64,000 nucleotides of DNA from a virus (IMGVR_UViG_2706795719_000001:1-64000), one strand, 5' to 3'. Positions 38,412 to 48,466 are shown, numbered from the stretch's first letter. Notes: generated from the letters alone by a model not told the origin. Numbers and translations are program-made.

Positions 38412-38432
38412 TCAAGGAGCGAAGCTCCTTGA
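38412..38432. other. perfect 9-bp hairpin with a GCGAAGC core
   Basis: TCAAGGAGC-GAA-GCTCCTTGA; no clear U tail. Confidence 0.7.
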
Positions 38433-38461
38433 AATTCTTTATTATTAAGTTCTTTATATTA

Positions 38462-38573
38462 TATATAACTATTAAGTAATAAATTAATAACTATAGTAAA
38501 CTATTTTATTAAAAGTATAGTATATTCTATATAACTATTAAGTAATAAATTAATAACTATAGTAAACTATTTT
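38462..38573. repeat. two identical 46-bp AT-rich direct repeats (38462-38507 and 38528-38573)
   Basis: TATATAACTATTAAGTAATAAATTAATAACTATAGTAAACTATTTT twice, period 66; each copy contains three AACTAT. Confidence 0.92.
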
Positions 38574-39988
38574 CTAATATATTCTATCCAGTCTTTTACT
38601 ATTTTTTGGTCTTCTTCATTTTCAGGATCTAGTTTTCTTCCTAGTTTTCTTAACAAATACATATATCGATATTTTTCTTTATCTGTCATTTGATACTGTT
38701 TTTGAAATGAGATTCTTTTTCTAGTTTGTTTTATTTTAGGCACTTTTAACATATAGTCAGTACATATAGTCGAATTTTTAAAATACCTTTCTTTTATGTA
38801 TTTTGCTAATCTCATATCAGGAACAAATAAATTAACTTTTTTGTTACTTTTATTAACCCTAATATTTGTTCTGGCACATAATTGGAAAGCTGGTTCTAAA
38901 TATTTAGATACAATATATGCATCCACTAATTCGTCTTCTTCTAATCCTGCCGATAATGACAATTCTTTTAAAATAGGAATTTGCCATGGCAAAGGATTAA
39001 AACTAAACATCACCACAACGTTCCTGTAATCAGTGTAGGAGTTTAATCCGTGTGGATTATATGGAACTTCAAGTCCTTTATTAAAACGTGCCCTGTATGA
39101 ATTCCTGGTGTATATAAATGGTTCGTCACCAATCAAACCATCAAGAATATTTTTTATTCTTGAATAATTGGTTAAGCCATTGACTTCTTTATCTGCATTA
39201 TGTTTAGACCAAGAATTTTCAAACATCACATTTATTTGTATTCTTGATGTATTAGAATATTCTTTAAATACCAGTTTGTCTTCTAATGGTGATTTTACAA
39301 AATCCCACTTATTAAAGTACTTAAGAATTTTACCAGTAAATGTGTCTTCTATATTTGCTGCAGAAATAGTTACCTTATCAAATACTTCCCAATCTTTACT
39401 AGAAACATCATTAATAAAATAACATGTTGCGCCTGTCTCAGTTTTAGATATCTTTGTTGGAATACCTTGTAATAAAGCTTTATATAGAGGAAGTAAACTC
39501 ACACAGATATCATCTAATTGATTGAGACCTTGTAATGCTAATTCTTCAACTTCTTCTTTATATTTTTCATTTAAAACTAAATCTGATAATCCTTCTCCAA
39601 TAGGCATACAGAATTTGAGTATTTCATCTAGATTGTGTGAAAACACAAATTTATTAAATGATACTAATTCTGGGACTTCGTCAATATATAAACTAAAGCC
39701 ATTAAATTTACTAAAGTCTGTAATAGATAATAAAGCAGAATGTGTTATGAAAATAACATCAGATTTGGTTTCTTCTATAGCTTTACTAACAGATTTAGAC
39801 CCGAGTTTATTGTCAGAATCAATCAATACCCCTTTTCCGCCCAACGAGCAAAAATAATCAAAGGACTGCTTAGATAAAAGCCTCGATATCGAGGCTATAA
39901 TTGATTTTTCTTTATTATTGACAATATGTTCTACAATAGCTTTAGTCTTTCCAGCGGCTGGGATTGCTTTTAAGACTTCGATTTTCAT
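38567..39988 (-). CDS. SF2 helicase-like protein (candidate origin-binding protein)
   Basis: AIPAAGKT Walker A, FITH, LYIDEVP Walker B, ISAA and FQLCART motifs. Confidence 0.7.
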   Translation of the reverse strand: MKIEVLKAIPAAGKTKAIVEHIVNNKEKSIIASISRLLSKQSFDYFCSLGGKGVLIDSDNKLGSKSVSKAIEETKSDVIFITHSALLSITDFSKFNGFSLYIDEVPELVSFNKFVFSHNLDEILKFCMPIGEGLSDLVLNEKYKEEVEELALQGLNQLDDICVSLLPLYKALLQGIPTKISKTETGATCYFINDVSSKDWEVFDKVTISAANIEDTFTGKILKYFNKWDFVKSPLEDKLVFKEYSNTSRIQINVMFENSWSKHNADKEVNGLTNYSRIKNILDGLIGDEPFIYTRNSYRARFNKGLEVPYNPHGLNSYTDYRNVVVMFSFNPLPWQIPILKELSLSAGLEEDELVDAYIVSKYLEPAFQLCARTNIRVNKSNKKVNLFVPDMRLAKYIKERYFKNSTICTDYMLKVPKIKQTRKRISFQKQYQMTDKEKYRYMYLLRKLGRKLDPENEEDQKIVKDWIEYIRK

Positions 39989-40296
39989 TAATTAAATCCA
40001 TTTGCACGTAGTTTTTTGTATTTACGAATACCTTTTGTAGTAATTTCTGTAGGACCTTTAATATTAGGCTTGACACCGAACGCCTGAATACCAAAGTTAT
40101 TTAGAATTGTCTCGACCATAATTTCTCGAATACCATTTTTAGAAATCTGGTGATAATCTTTGTTGAGGGATTCATGAAGAATTTGTTCATGATTATCTAA
40201 AAATCTTGGAGTAATAATTGCATTTTCTTCTAACATTTTTTCTTCAACGATAGGGAAAATGTAGTTTTTAATTTCATTACGAAGTGCCTTACTCAT
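39988..40296 (-). CDS. gp55.2-like protein
   Basis: NEI.N.I, ISKNGIREI and IQAFGV; synteny. Confidence 0.55.
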   Translation of the reverse strand: MSKALRNEIKNYIFPIVEEKMLEENAIITPRFLDNHEQILHESLNKDYHQISKNGIREIMVETILNNFGIQAFGVKPNIKGPTEITTKGIRKYKKLRANGFN

Positions 40297-40567
40297 AAAT
40301 ATCTCCAATATATGATTTTAATCCAGATAAACCGCCAACTGGTTTATCGTCAATAAATATTTGTGGGTATATAATACTAAGGTTTTGTTTATTAAGCAAT
40401 TTTGCCAGTGAAACTATTGTATCTCTATGATAATCAAAACCATCTTTAGTATTATATAAAACCGGAATAAATTTATATTCTATCCCATATTCATTACATA
40501 ACCTAATAGCTTCTTTACATGAATAACAACGTCCCACTTCTTCTGGAATACCATAAATTGTTATCAT
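40289..40567 (-). CDS. nrdH: glutaredoxin NrdH
   Basis: IYGIPE..RCYSC, YPQIFID..VGG. Confidence 0.85.
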   Translation of the reverse strand: MITIYGIPEEVGRCYSCKEAIRLCNEYGIEYKFIPVLYNTKDGFDYHRDTIVSLAKLLNKQNLSIIYPQIFIDDKPVGGLSGLKSYIGDIYE

Positions 40568-40902
40568 TCACTAACACTCAAAGAAAGGCTTATATTAAAC
40601 TCATGTAATTTATCAGGGCCTTGTACTTCTATTTTAGAAGTAGCCATATTTATCCAGATATATTCATATTCTATATCATGCGGAAGACCAAAAAGATTAT
40701 CTTCTTTTAATTCAGCATTTAAAAAGACCACATCTAAAAAATGGTCCCATTCTGTGACGGTGTCCCAATTTTTAATTCCTAATATATTAACTATGTGATT
40801 ACTCATACTCAGACCACTCATTATTAAATTTTCTATACATTTTTTGATTATCCGAACCACGAAAAGGTTTATCCGTCGGTTTAGTATAATCGTACTTTCC
40901 AT
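40564..40902 (-). CDS. hypothetical protein (true start probably near 40806-40818)
   Basis: ORF between nrdG and nrdH. Confidence 0.45.
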   Translation of the reverse strand: MESTIILNRRINLFVVRIIKKCIENLIMSGLSMSNHIVNILGIKNWDTVTEWDHFLDVVFLNAELKEDNLFGLPHDIEYEYIWINMATSKIEVQGPDKLHEFNISLSLSVSE

Positions 40903-41275
40903 CTATAATAACATCAACATAGTCTAAAAGCTCTAATGATTCTTCAGGCAGATCATTAAATTCATATCCAGTATAAATCCAAATAGATTTTCTAGTTTCT
41001 TCCTTTACTCTTTTACAAATATTAATGGTTTCTTTTATATTAGAGCGATACAAGGGATCACCACCAGAGATAGTAAGCCCATTAATATATGGTTTATTAA
41101 CCATAGTGATTAAATATTCCAGGGTTGATTCTGTGAATTCCTGGCCATTACATGGGTTCCAAGTAGACTTATTGTAACACTGTTCACATTTATGAGAACA
41201 CCCCGTAACAAATATCACTGTTCTAAATCCTATACCGTTTAAAGAATCACATGGAATAATAGATGCATAATTCAT
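40799..41275 (-). CDS. nrdG: anaerobic RNR activase NrdG (radical SAM)
   Basis: NG.G.R..IFVTGCSHKCEQC, SGGDPL, FRGSDNQ. Confidence 0.95.
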   Translation of the reverse strand: MNYASIIPCDSLNGIGFRTVIFVTGCSHKCEQCYNKSTWNPCNGQEFTESTLEYLITMVNKPYINGLTISGGDPLYRSNIKETINICKRVKEETRKSIWIYTGYEFNDLPEESLELLDYVDVIIDGKYDYTKPTDKPFRGSDNQKMYRKFNNEWSEYE

Positions 41276-41289
41276 TTTATCTCCTTAGC

Positions 41290-41310
41290 AAAAAAGGGCC
41301 GAAGCCCTTT
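41290..41310 (-). terminator. intrinsic terminator
   Basis: AAAGGGC-UUCG-GCCCUUU followed by UUU. Confidence 0.85.
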
Positions 41311-41312
41311 AA

Positions 41313-41606
41313 TTAACTGTATGCATAAGCTTCATTGGATTTTTTCTTATAAACTAAATCAGTCCTTAGTGTATCATATTCTGGGTTTTCAAGCACTTTA
41401 TTTAAAATATGTCTTTTATCTGCTCTTGATAATTTAGCTTGGGCCGTTTTAACTTCGGAATCAATTCCTTTCCAACGTTTTGGTTTATCGGAATGGAAAA
41501 TATTATCTGCAACATCATTAGGGTCTTTATATGCTCTTGCTGTTCTTGAAGTTTTGTCGTAATAGCCATTATTTTTTAATGTTTTTCTTCTAACAGTTTT
41601 ACCCAT
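41313..41606 (-). CDS. T4-like hypothetical protein (resembles the 55.x family)
   Basis: MGKT.RRK..K, NIF.SDK.+R.KGIDSEVK. Confidence 0.6.
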   Translation of the reverse strand: MGKTVRRKTLKNNGYYDKTSRTARAYKDPNDVADNIFHSDKPKRWKGIDSEVKTAQAKLSRADKRHILNKVLENPEYDTLRTDLVYKKKSNEAYAYS

Positions 41607-41615
41607 AATAATTCC

Positions 41616-43460
41616 TTATGCTAAATGTTTAGTTCTATGAATAACTTCTTTTTGTTTACCTTCATTAAATCCACGAGAAGCAGGATTACCAAGATATCCG
41701 CAAGTTCGACGAACAACAGACATCTTTTTAGTGTCCATTTCACCACATTTAGGGCATTTAAACCCATTCTCTGTAGGAATAAATTCTCCATGGAAATCAC
41801 ATGTAAAGCATTGGTCAACAGGTGTATTTGTTCCAAAATAATCAAGATTTTCTACAGCATAATCCCAAACTTGTTCTAATGCTTTTAAATTATCTTTCAT
41901 ATTAGGAAGTTCTACATAAGAAATATGACCACCAGTGGCAATACGATGATAATCCTTTTCAAAATCAATTTTTTCAAACGGGTTAACTTTACGTTCTACA
42001 TCAAGGTGAAAACTATTTGTATACCAACCTTTATCTGTAATTCCTTTAACAGAACCAAATTCTGCTTTATCTAATTTACAGAATCTGTGGCATAGACTTT
42101 CAGCAGGAGTAGAATAAAGACTGAATGCATATCCAGTTTCTTCTTTCCATTTAGAAAGGTAATAATTCATTTCTTTTAGAATGTGTTTGCCAAATTCTTG
42201 GGCTTCTTTATTATCAAATGGTTCGTCATTAAAAATTAATTTTAATGTCTCATGAAGACCAATATAACCTAATGAAATAGAACTGCGTCCGTTTTTGAAT
42301 AATGACAAGATTTCGTCATTAGGATTCATTCGAACACCAAATGCGCCACCACAATATAAAATTGGAGCCACAGAAGCTTTTGCACCACGTAAAGAATCAA
42401 TTCTAGTCATAAGAGCAGTATAACAGAGGCCAAGTCGATCTCGTAATGATTGAATATATGATTCTTTAGATAAATTGTCACTACCTAATTCCAGGGCTAT
42501 TCTAGGAAGATTTAAAGTGACAACACCCAAATTATTCCTTCCATCTAAAATTTCTTGTCCATTTTCTTTATAAACCGATAAAAAACTACGACAACCCATA
42601 GGAGAAACAGGAATAGAACTTCCAGTTATTTCTTTATTAATTTTAGAAGAAATAATATCAGGGTACATTCTTTTAGCCGAACATTCTAGAGCTAATTTTT
42701 TTATAGAATAATTAGGGTCTTCAGGTTTTAAATTAATTCCTTCTTCAATAAAGAAGACTAATTTTGGAAATATTGCTGTGACTCCATCTTTGCCTAATCC
42801 TTTAATTCTATTTTTTAAAATAGCTTCTTGAATAACAGTGCCCATCCATGTGGTTGAAGTACCAAAACTAATTGTTACAAAAGGAGTTTGCCCATTAGAA
42901 CTAAAAAGTGTATTAATTTCGTATTCATAAGCCTGGAAAGCATCATAAACATCTTTTTCTGTTTTCTTCATGGCATATTTGTCAAAATCAGATATGCCCC
43001 ATTCAAAAGCTTCATTCAGATGTTTTTGATAAGTTGCTTCTACATATGGTTCTAGTACAACATCAACATTAGCAAAAGTTGTACCACCATATTGATGAGA
43101 AGCCACTTGGGCCGTAATCTGTGCCATAATTGCACAAGCGACTCCAATAGATTTTGGAGTTTCTATTTCAGCATTGCCAAGCTTAAACCCATTTTCAAAC
43201 ATACCTTTTAAATCGACTAAACAACAATTTGTAAAAGGCAGAGATACACTATAATCTAAATCATGGTAATGTATAACTCCTTTGTCATGGGCTTCTACTA
43301 CATTAGAAGGTAATCTGCTACGAGCCACATACTTGGAAGCAATTCCGGCCAGCAAGTCACGTTGTGTAGGAAAGACACCATAGGGCTTGTTTGCATTTTC
43401 TGTAGAAAGTTCATTTGATTCACGATTACATACCTCATTAATTTGAGAAATTAGATTCAT
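41616..43460 (-). CDS. nrdD: anaerobic (class III) ribonucleotide reductase NrdD
   Basis: HYHDLDY, TNCCL, PMGCRS, NLPRIAL, YTNSFH and RRTCGYLG glycyl-radical motif; no intron. Confidence 0.97.
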   Translation of the reverse strand: MNLISQINEVCNRESNELSTENANKPYGVFPTQRDLLAGIASKYVARSRLPSNVVEAHDKGVIHYHDLDYSVSLPFTNCCLVDLKGMFENGFKLGNAEIETPKSIGVACAIMAQITAQVASHQYGGTTFANVDVVLEPYVEATYQKHLNEAFEWGISDFDKYAMKKTEKDVYDAFQAYEYEINTLFSSNGQTPFVTISFGTSTTWMGTVIQEAILKNRIKGLGKDGVTAIFPKLVFFIEEGINLKPEDPNYSIKKLALECSAKRMYPDIISSKINKEITGSSIPVSPMGCRSFLSVYKENGQEILDGRNNLGVVTLNLPRIALELGSDNLSKESYIQSLRDRLGLCYTALMTRIDSLRGAKASVAPILYCGGAFGVRMNPNDEILSLFKNGRSSISLGYIGLHETLKLIFNDEPFDNKEAQEFGKHILKEMNYYLSKWKEETGYAFSLYSTPAESLCHRFCKLDKAEFGSVKGITDKGWYTNSFHLDVERKVNPFEKIDFEKDYHRIATGGHISYVELPNMKDNLKALEQVWDYAVENLDYFGTNTPVDQCFTCDFHGEFIPTENGFKCPKCGEMDTKKMSVVRRTCGYLGNPASRGFNEGKQKEVIHRTKHLA

Positions 43461-43927
43461 TTTAAAGATTTCCTTAAAGCTTTTTTATATCTTTTAGTTA
43501 ACTCGGTTTTTGTATCTGTCTCTAGATATTCAAATCCGTTTATTGTCATTTCTTCTATCATTTCTTCTTTAGACATCCGAGAGAACTCTTTAGATTTGTC
43601 TATTATATACTGTGGATGTATAGGATTTTCACTGCTGTCTTGTTTTAAATAAAATAATAAATTTTCCATCCAAGTAATATATTCAACTTTAGATTTTAAT
43701 CCTGACCGATTAAATTTATGTTTCATTTGTCCTTCTGCTGCATTACATAACGCACACAATAATCCACGGACTTTACCAGCTTCAGGACCAGATAAAGCAT
43801 GGTCATGGTCTAAATGATTTTTTTGAACATCTTTATCTAATTCTAACTTGCAAATACAACAAAGGCCCTTTTGGGCCTTATACATTTTTTCTTTTTCTTG
43901 TTTAAATGATTTTCCGGATAATAACAT
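43457..43927 (-). CDS. 49: endonuclease VII (Holliday junction resolvase) gp49
   Basis: C.IC..HLDHDH..G.VRGLLC.LCN. Confidence 0.95.
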   Translation of the reverse strand: MLLSGKSFKQEKEKMYKAQKGLCCICKLELDKDVQKNHLDHDHALSGPEAGKVRGLLCALCNAAEGQMKHKFNRSGLKSKVEYITWMENLLFYLKQDSSENPIHPQYIIDKSKEFSRMSKEEMIEEMTINGFEYLETDTKTELTKRYKKALRKSLK

Positions 43928-43931
43928 TATA

Positions 43932-43964
43932 ACCTCTATAATTTATCATATAGAGGTATTTATT
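43932..43964 (-). promoter_or_regulatory. late promoter plus RBS-occluding hairpin of gene 49
   Basis: AATAAATA (43964-43957) overlapping ACCUCUAUA/UAUAGAGGU stem that hides the GAGG SD. Confidence 0.78.
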
Positions 43965-44114
43965 AAAAATTATAACTCACCAGTCTCATACCATTTTTGT
44001 TCTTGTTCTTCACTATCAAAGAAACCTTCAAGACCCGTAGGTAAAGCATTTGAAATTCTGTTCAATAAATCATAGAGTTTATTATTTTGGTCTTCTAGAT
44101 AAGCAATACGATCT

Positions 44115-44387
44115 TTATCGTTCATTAATATATTCCTTAAATTTATCAAATCCACCAATAGACACATCATCTATAAAAATCTGTGGCATCGTTAATCCAA
44201 CTTCTGAACGTCGATTTAGACGTTTGACTAATTGGTCTATAATTTTTTTATTTAAAACAGGTCCTTCATCTTCAGAAACTGGGATAAAAGTGTAATCTAA
44301 TTTTTTAATATCAGCTAATCTTTTGGCATTAATACATGGAACACATTTAAAGTGTTTAGGGTCAAATCCATAAATTTCTACTTTCAT
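44115..44387 (-). CDS. nrdC: thioredoxin/glutaredoxin NrdC
   Basis: IYG....KCVPCINAKRL, LTMPQIFID..IGGFD. Confidence 0.9.
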   Translation of the reverse strand: MKVEIYGFDPKHFKCVPCINAKRLADIKKLDYTFIPVSEDEGPVLNKKIIDQLVKRLNRRSEVGLTMPQIFIDDVSIGGFDKFKEYINER

Positions 44388-44653
44388 TTAGATGGCACCA
44401 TTTTAGTTAAACTTTCCGGGATAGTGAATACAGATAATTTAGGATGGTCAACCCAAATGGTTTTTTCTACAGTACCATCATCTTCTATAATAATTTCTTC
44501 AAAAAACCCAGCTTCTCTGAAATATTTTCCTGCTACAGTAGAAAATTGTTCTCTATTAAGTCCATATTTAGCCAATACTTCATCTGTTACTTCTTCATTC
44601 TTTAATACTTCAATAGAAGAGATGTATTTTAGTGGTTTACGTGATAATTGCAT
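44384..44653 (-). CDS. hypothetical protein
   Basis: 89-aa ORF in the nrdC region. Confidence 0.5.
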   Translation of the reverse strand: MQLSRKPLKYISSIEVLKNEEVTDEVLAKYGLNREQFSTVAGKYFREAGFFEEIIIEDDGTVEKTIWVDHPKLSVFTIPESLTKMVPSK

Positions 44654-44661
44654 AATTTGCC

Positions 44662-44886
44662 CTATTTAATTAAGAAATTAATATATGTTTTTATAATACT
44701 AGTAATAAATTCCCAAATCCAAATAACAATAACCATAATTAAAATAAATGGCCATAAAAACATTAATTGGAAAAACGAATATACTAACTTATCAGAAAAT
44801 TTTTCTTTAATATTTTTATCAAATTTAAATGTTAGAGATGCTATAACAAATGATAATAAAACATATCCTACAATATATAAAAACAT
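44662..44886 (-). CDS. small membrane protein
   Basis: two hydrophobic segments, FLWP motif. Confidence 0.55.
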   Translation of the reverse strand: MFLYIVGYVLLSFVIASLTFKFDKNIKEKFSDKLVYSFFQLMFLWPFILIMVIVIWIWEFITSIIKTYINFLIK

Positions 44887-44888
44887 AG

Positions 44889-45074
44889 TTATCCTTTATA
44901 AAATGTTGTTTTACAATGTCTACATTTGTATTTTAATTCTTGTACCCAAGAGACTAGCTGAACCTGATAGGTTCCACATCCAGGACATTGTGGAATGTTT
45001 TTAGAAGCGTCTTCACGACGCTTAACAATTTTTTCTACTTCTTCCCAGTTAATAATATCTTTATGAAGGACCAT
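44889..45074 (-). CDS. small zinc-ribbon protein
   Basis: CPGC...CRHC. Confidence 0.6.
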   Translation of the reverse strand: MVLHKDIINWEEVEKIVKRREDASKNIPQCPGCGTYQVQLVSWVQELKYKCRHCKTTFYKG

Positions 45075-45076
45075 CT

Positions 45077-46069
45077 TTATTCCTTAAATCTATAATAACT
45101 TTTTACTTCTTGTAAATAAACATCATGGATAAATTTATCCCAGAATTCTTTATCTACTTTTTTAGGTAATCCATTTTTAGCAGCGATTTTAGCTTTCTTT
45201 TCTACGTCATCCACAATGGATTCTAGATTCTCTTGAACAAGTTTAAAATCAATTTTACCTGCTTTGATATCTTTAATTTGTCCTGCCATTTGTAACGGCA
45301 TTACTAAATCACCAGTATCATAGATTTCTGCTAATTGAACACCTGCACGATATGCATGGCTCAGAGCTTTCCAATCGATACCTTGGTTTTCTTCAGCTTT
45401 ACGGGCTCTATCGCCATATTCTTCCCATAGCTTATATAATGATTTGTACATTTCATCTACAGTAATAGTCATTTGGTATTTACGACCTAAAACTTCATAG
45501 AAAACCTGAGTTGTACCTTTATCATCAGTTTGAGAAGTGAATAAAGCAAATTCTAATTTAGGAAGTAGGTGTTTAATATTTCCAACTTTAACTTGTTCAG
45601 AAAAATTAGATGAAGTATATGGAGTAATTATATCAAGAACGCGTTTTAAGCAAGCTAATCTGGAACCTTTAATTCCATATTTTGCAGCTTGTTTACGGAC
45701 ATATCCTAAATAGGCCTTCATATCAGTTGTATAAAACTTAGAACGGTGTTTTCTAATAAAGTCCCATGTTTCTGGTAAATCTGAATGAACAACCATTTCA
45801 TTAGGGGCGTGGATTAAATCTAGTGCTACAGTTTCGCCACGTGCCGCCAGGGATAAAAAGTATTTTAACGAATATAATTCATGATCAATATCAGAAGAAG
45901 TGTTCTTAGATGATCCTGTATTGGTATTCATATTAAAGTGTTCTGTTACTTGACAAGTCACAATACTATGGCCACTAGGGACAAAAATTTCTTTATAATC
46001 TAAATCAGATTCTGGTGTAGTGGTTCCATACAAATGGGAACCAAATAATACTTTAGCAACGGTTTTCAT
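45077..46069 (-). CDS. Pol-beta-superfamily nucleotidyltransferase (nrdC.11-like)
   Basis: FGSHLYGT.TPESDLDYK motif, DWKALSHA.R. Confidence 0.82.
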   Translation of the reverse strand: MKTVAKVLFGSHLYGTTTPESDLDYKEIFVPSGHSIVTCQVTEHFNMNTNTGSSKNTSSDIDHELYSLKYFLSLAARGETVALDLIHAPNEMVVHSDLPETWDFIRKHRSKFYTTDMKAYLGYVRKQAAKYGIKGSRLACLKRVLDIITPYTSSNFSEQVKVGNIKHLLPKLEFALFTSQTDDKGTTQVFYEVLGRKYQMTITVDEMYKSLYKLWEEYGDRARKAEENQGIDWKALSHAYRAGVQLAEIYDTGDLVMPLQMAGQIKDIKAGKIDFKLVQENLESIVDDVEKKAKIAAKNGLPKKVDKEFWDKFIHDVYLQEVKSYYRFKE

Positions 46070-46244
46070 TATTTACTTCCTTTCATAAATCTAAAAATAC
46101 CCATAAAAATATAAGCCGGCCAAAATATCATATCCATAATAAAAGCCATGACGTTATCTTTATTAGTCCATTTTACTCTAAGGCCCTGTCTAATTTCAGT
46201 AACCATAGAAACTAAAGCTACTAAAAATGAAATTAAAAGATACG

Positions 46245-46724
46245 TCATTTTGATTCCTTTTCTTGTAAAGATTTAATAGTATCAAGATAAATGGTTTTAG
46301 CTTTTTCTTTATCTGAAACATATTCAAATAGGTAATCTAAAGCTTCTTTAGAGATATCTTTGTATTTTACTTTCCAGGGTTTATAATATGATGCGAGTAA
46401 TTGGTCCTTTTTAAATAATTCATCTAATAAAGGAATAACTTTCATATAATAGAATAAACATGTTCCTACAACTTCAGAAATATATTCATCTTTTACAGGA
46501 GTTCCTGATTTAATTAGATTGTCTGTAATTTTTAAATTAAAGAAAGCCGTTTTGCAATCAGATAAAACTGGATTATTAAAAGCATACAGATCTTCACATA
46601 GTTCAGTAATGCGTTTTTCTGCTTTCTTTTGTTTAGGAGAAGGATTAACTAATCCACCAAAAATTTGAATTGGTGGGTAGGCCGCAATATTAGAAATAAA
46701 ACTTTGTTGCATTGTTAAAGTCAT
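46245..46724 (-). CDS. hypothetical protein
   Basis: 159-aa ORF with AGGA SD. Confidence 0.55.
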   Translation of the reverse strand: MTLTMQQSFISNIAAYPPIQIFGGLVNPSPKQKKAEKRITELCEDLYAFNNPVLSDCKTAFFNLKITDNLIKSGTPVKDEYISEVVGTCLFYYMKVIPLLDELFKKDQLLASYYKPWKVKYKDISKEALDYLFEYVSDKEKAKTIYLDTIKSLQEKESK

Positions 46725-46969
46725 AAGTTATCCTATAAGATTAAGCTTTCATCCATCCATAAACAGAGTATTTGATGTTAAAATCAATTGGTTCTGAATA
46801 TGTATAAGTTCGTGTCATCCTATTATACTTAATTCTAATATCTGTAGCGTCAGGATTTGAAAAAACAGCTACTGGATTTAAACCAGATGGAGTTATTGAA
46901 ACATCTGACTTAAATTTGTAATCAATACCATTAATTTTGTATATTTTATTTTCTTTTAACATAATAATC

Positions 46970-47563
46970 TTAAAATTGTTGTACATATTTTAGTTCAAAG
47001 GCTTTCATAGCACTTGAATCAGAAATACGAATTAAAATAGGTTCTTGGTCTGAATGCTGAATAAGCAAAGTTGTATCTGTTATATAAAGTATCGAGTAAG
47101 GTTTTCCTTTAGCATTTGTTATTACATCACCAGGTTTTGCTTGAACCCATGAATAGCCTTTAGTTTCTTTACAATATGTCATGGTATTCATACTAATTAA
47201 TTTTCTACTAGGCCCAATTCTTAATTCAATTTCTAGGTCTTTAGGAATAAATGCCGAACCTAAAAAAGAAAAATCGTATTTTACCTGATCTAATAATTTG
47301 TATACCTTACCTATAGCACATCCTCGAATAAAACTATCAATTTTTAAAAACATTGAGTTGCTTAATTTATCAATACCAAGAATTTTTGCTTCATACACAA
47401 TAGGAGGAGGTGTTGATACTAATATAAAGTTTTCTACAGTCGGTGAATACTTAAAAATTACTTCTACTTCATCGCCTTCTTTTATATCTACATTGTCCGT
47501 AGAAACAGGACCATATTTATGTGTTAAAATAGGCATATTAATTTCCTTGATAAAATTGTTCAA
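46970..47563 (-). CDS. hypothetical protein
   Basis: long co-oriented ORF. Confidence 0.5.
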   Translation of the reverse strand: MNNFIKEINMPILTHKYGPVSTDNVDIKEGDEVEVIFKYSPTVENFILVSTPPPIVYEAKILGIDKLSNSMFLKIDSFIRGCAIGKVYKLLDQVKYDFSFLGSAFIPKDLEIELRIGPSRKLISMNTMTYCKETKGYSWVQAKPGDVITNAKGKPYSILYITDTTLLIQHSDQEPILIRISDSSAMKAFELKYVQQF

Positions 47564-47716
47564 TTACAGATTTAAGCTTAAGTGCTTCTTCTTTTGTTAA
47601 AACGATAAGATCTTCATCTTGCATAATTCTAATAGCCGATTTATCAGAAATAGAACGGCTCACTTCAATGTCACCCATAATAAATTTATCATTTGTATTC
47701 CACATAAAAATCTCCA

Positions 47717-47735
47717 TAAAGGCCTTTCGGCCTTA
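47717..47735 (-). terminator. GAAA-loop hairpin, probable terminator
   Basis: AAGGCC-GAAA-GGCCUU followed by UAU. Confidence 0.6.
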
Positions 47736-47737
47736 TA

Positions 47738-48466
47738 TTATTTGAATTCAATAAAGTTACAATGTTTGTTTTTAAATGATTCATGAATTTCGTCACTTAA
47801 AGACTTTTCTCGCACTTCAATATCTTTTTGGATATTAGTTTGATGTTCTAAACGTTTTTTCAGTCTACGCTGGGCCATTTTTCTAGGTAAAAAGTCTGCA
47901 AACAACCAAACCCCACCAACAACAATTAAAAATACCAAAGCACCTAAAACTGCAAATAAAATTGCTCCTAAAATATAAGCGCCAATAGTTAATCCTGTTC
48001 CTAATGTAATGCCAAATGAAGCCAGAATATTAATAAGTACTGTGCCGCCAAGATTTCCAAATATTAAAGCCACAGCTGAAATAAGTAATACCGTAAATAA
48101 CCCACGACCTAAAAGGTTCCAAAAATATCCACAAATACTTTTAGGCATACTATCTTTAGGGGTTATTAATTTTGTTAATTTATAATGCCAACTGTCTTTT
48201 TTAATTTCAATTTTAGGTGCAACGTTTGCTAAACGAATATCGACAATATCTGAACCCCACACACGATATTTAATACCAACAACCTTAAAATTAGTGCCAT
48301 GGACATCACCGTTTGAATAAACTACAATATCGTGTTTTAAATCTTTTACATTTTCTATAAGAACATTAGCAACTTTTGTTGCTTCTTCTTTAGTTTCCCA
48401 TTCCGTATTTAAACGGTGCCATTTTGGAGTATTACCATCATTAATGAATAATTCAATAGTATACAT
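47738..48466 (-). CDS. membrane protein
   Basis: SWHYKL..S.C.YFW followed by 2-3 transmembrane helices. Confidence 0.6.
   Translation of the reverse strand: MYTIELFINDGNTPKWHRLNTEWETKEEATKVANVLIENVKDLKHDIVVYSNGDVHGTNFKVVGIKYRVWGSDIVDIRLANVAPKIEIKKDSWHYKLTKLITPKDSMPKSICGYFWNLLGRGLFTVLLISAVALIFGNLGGTVLINILASFGITLGTGLTIGAYILGAILFAVLGALVFLIVVGGVWLFADFLPRKMAQRRLKKRLEHQTNIQKDIEVREKSLSDEIHESFKNKHCNFIEFK

Noticed and set aside
38462-38573. Mini-CRISPR array
   Set aside because: Only two copies, 46-bp non-palindromic unit with a 20-bp spacer, overlaps a stop codon, and no cas genes in the window
41616-43460. Intron or intein in nrdD (T4 has an intron here), gene 41 or gene 43
   Set aside because: All three ORFs are continuous and of normal length
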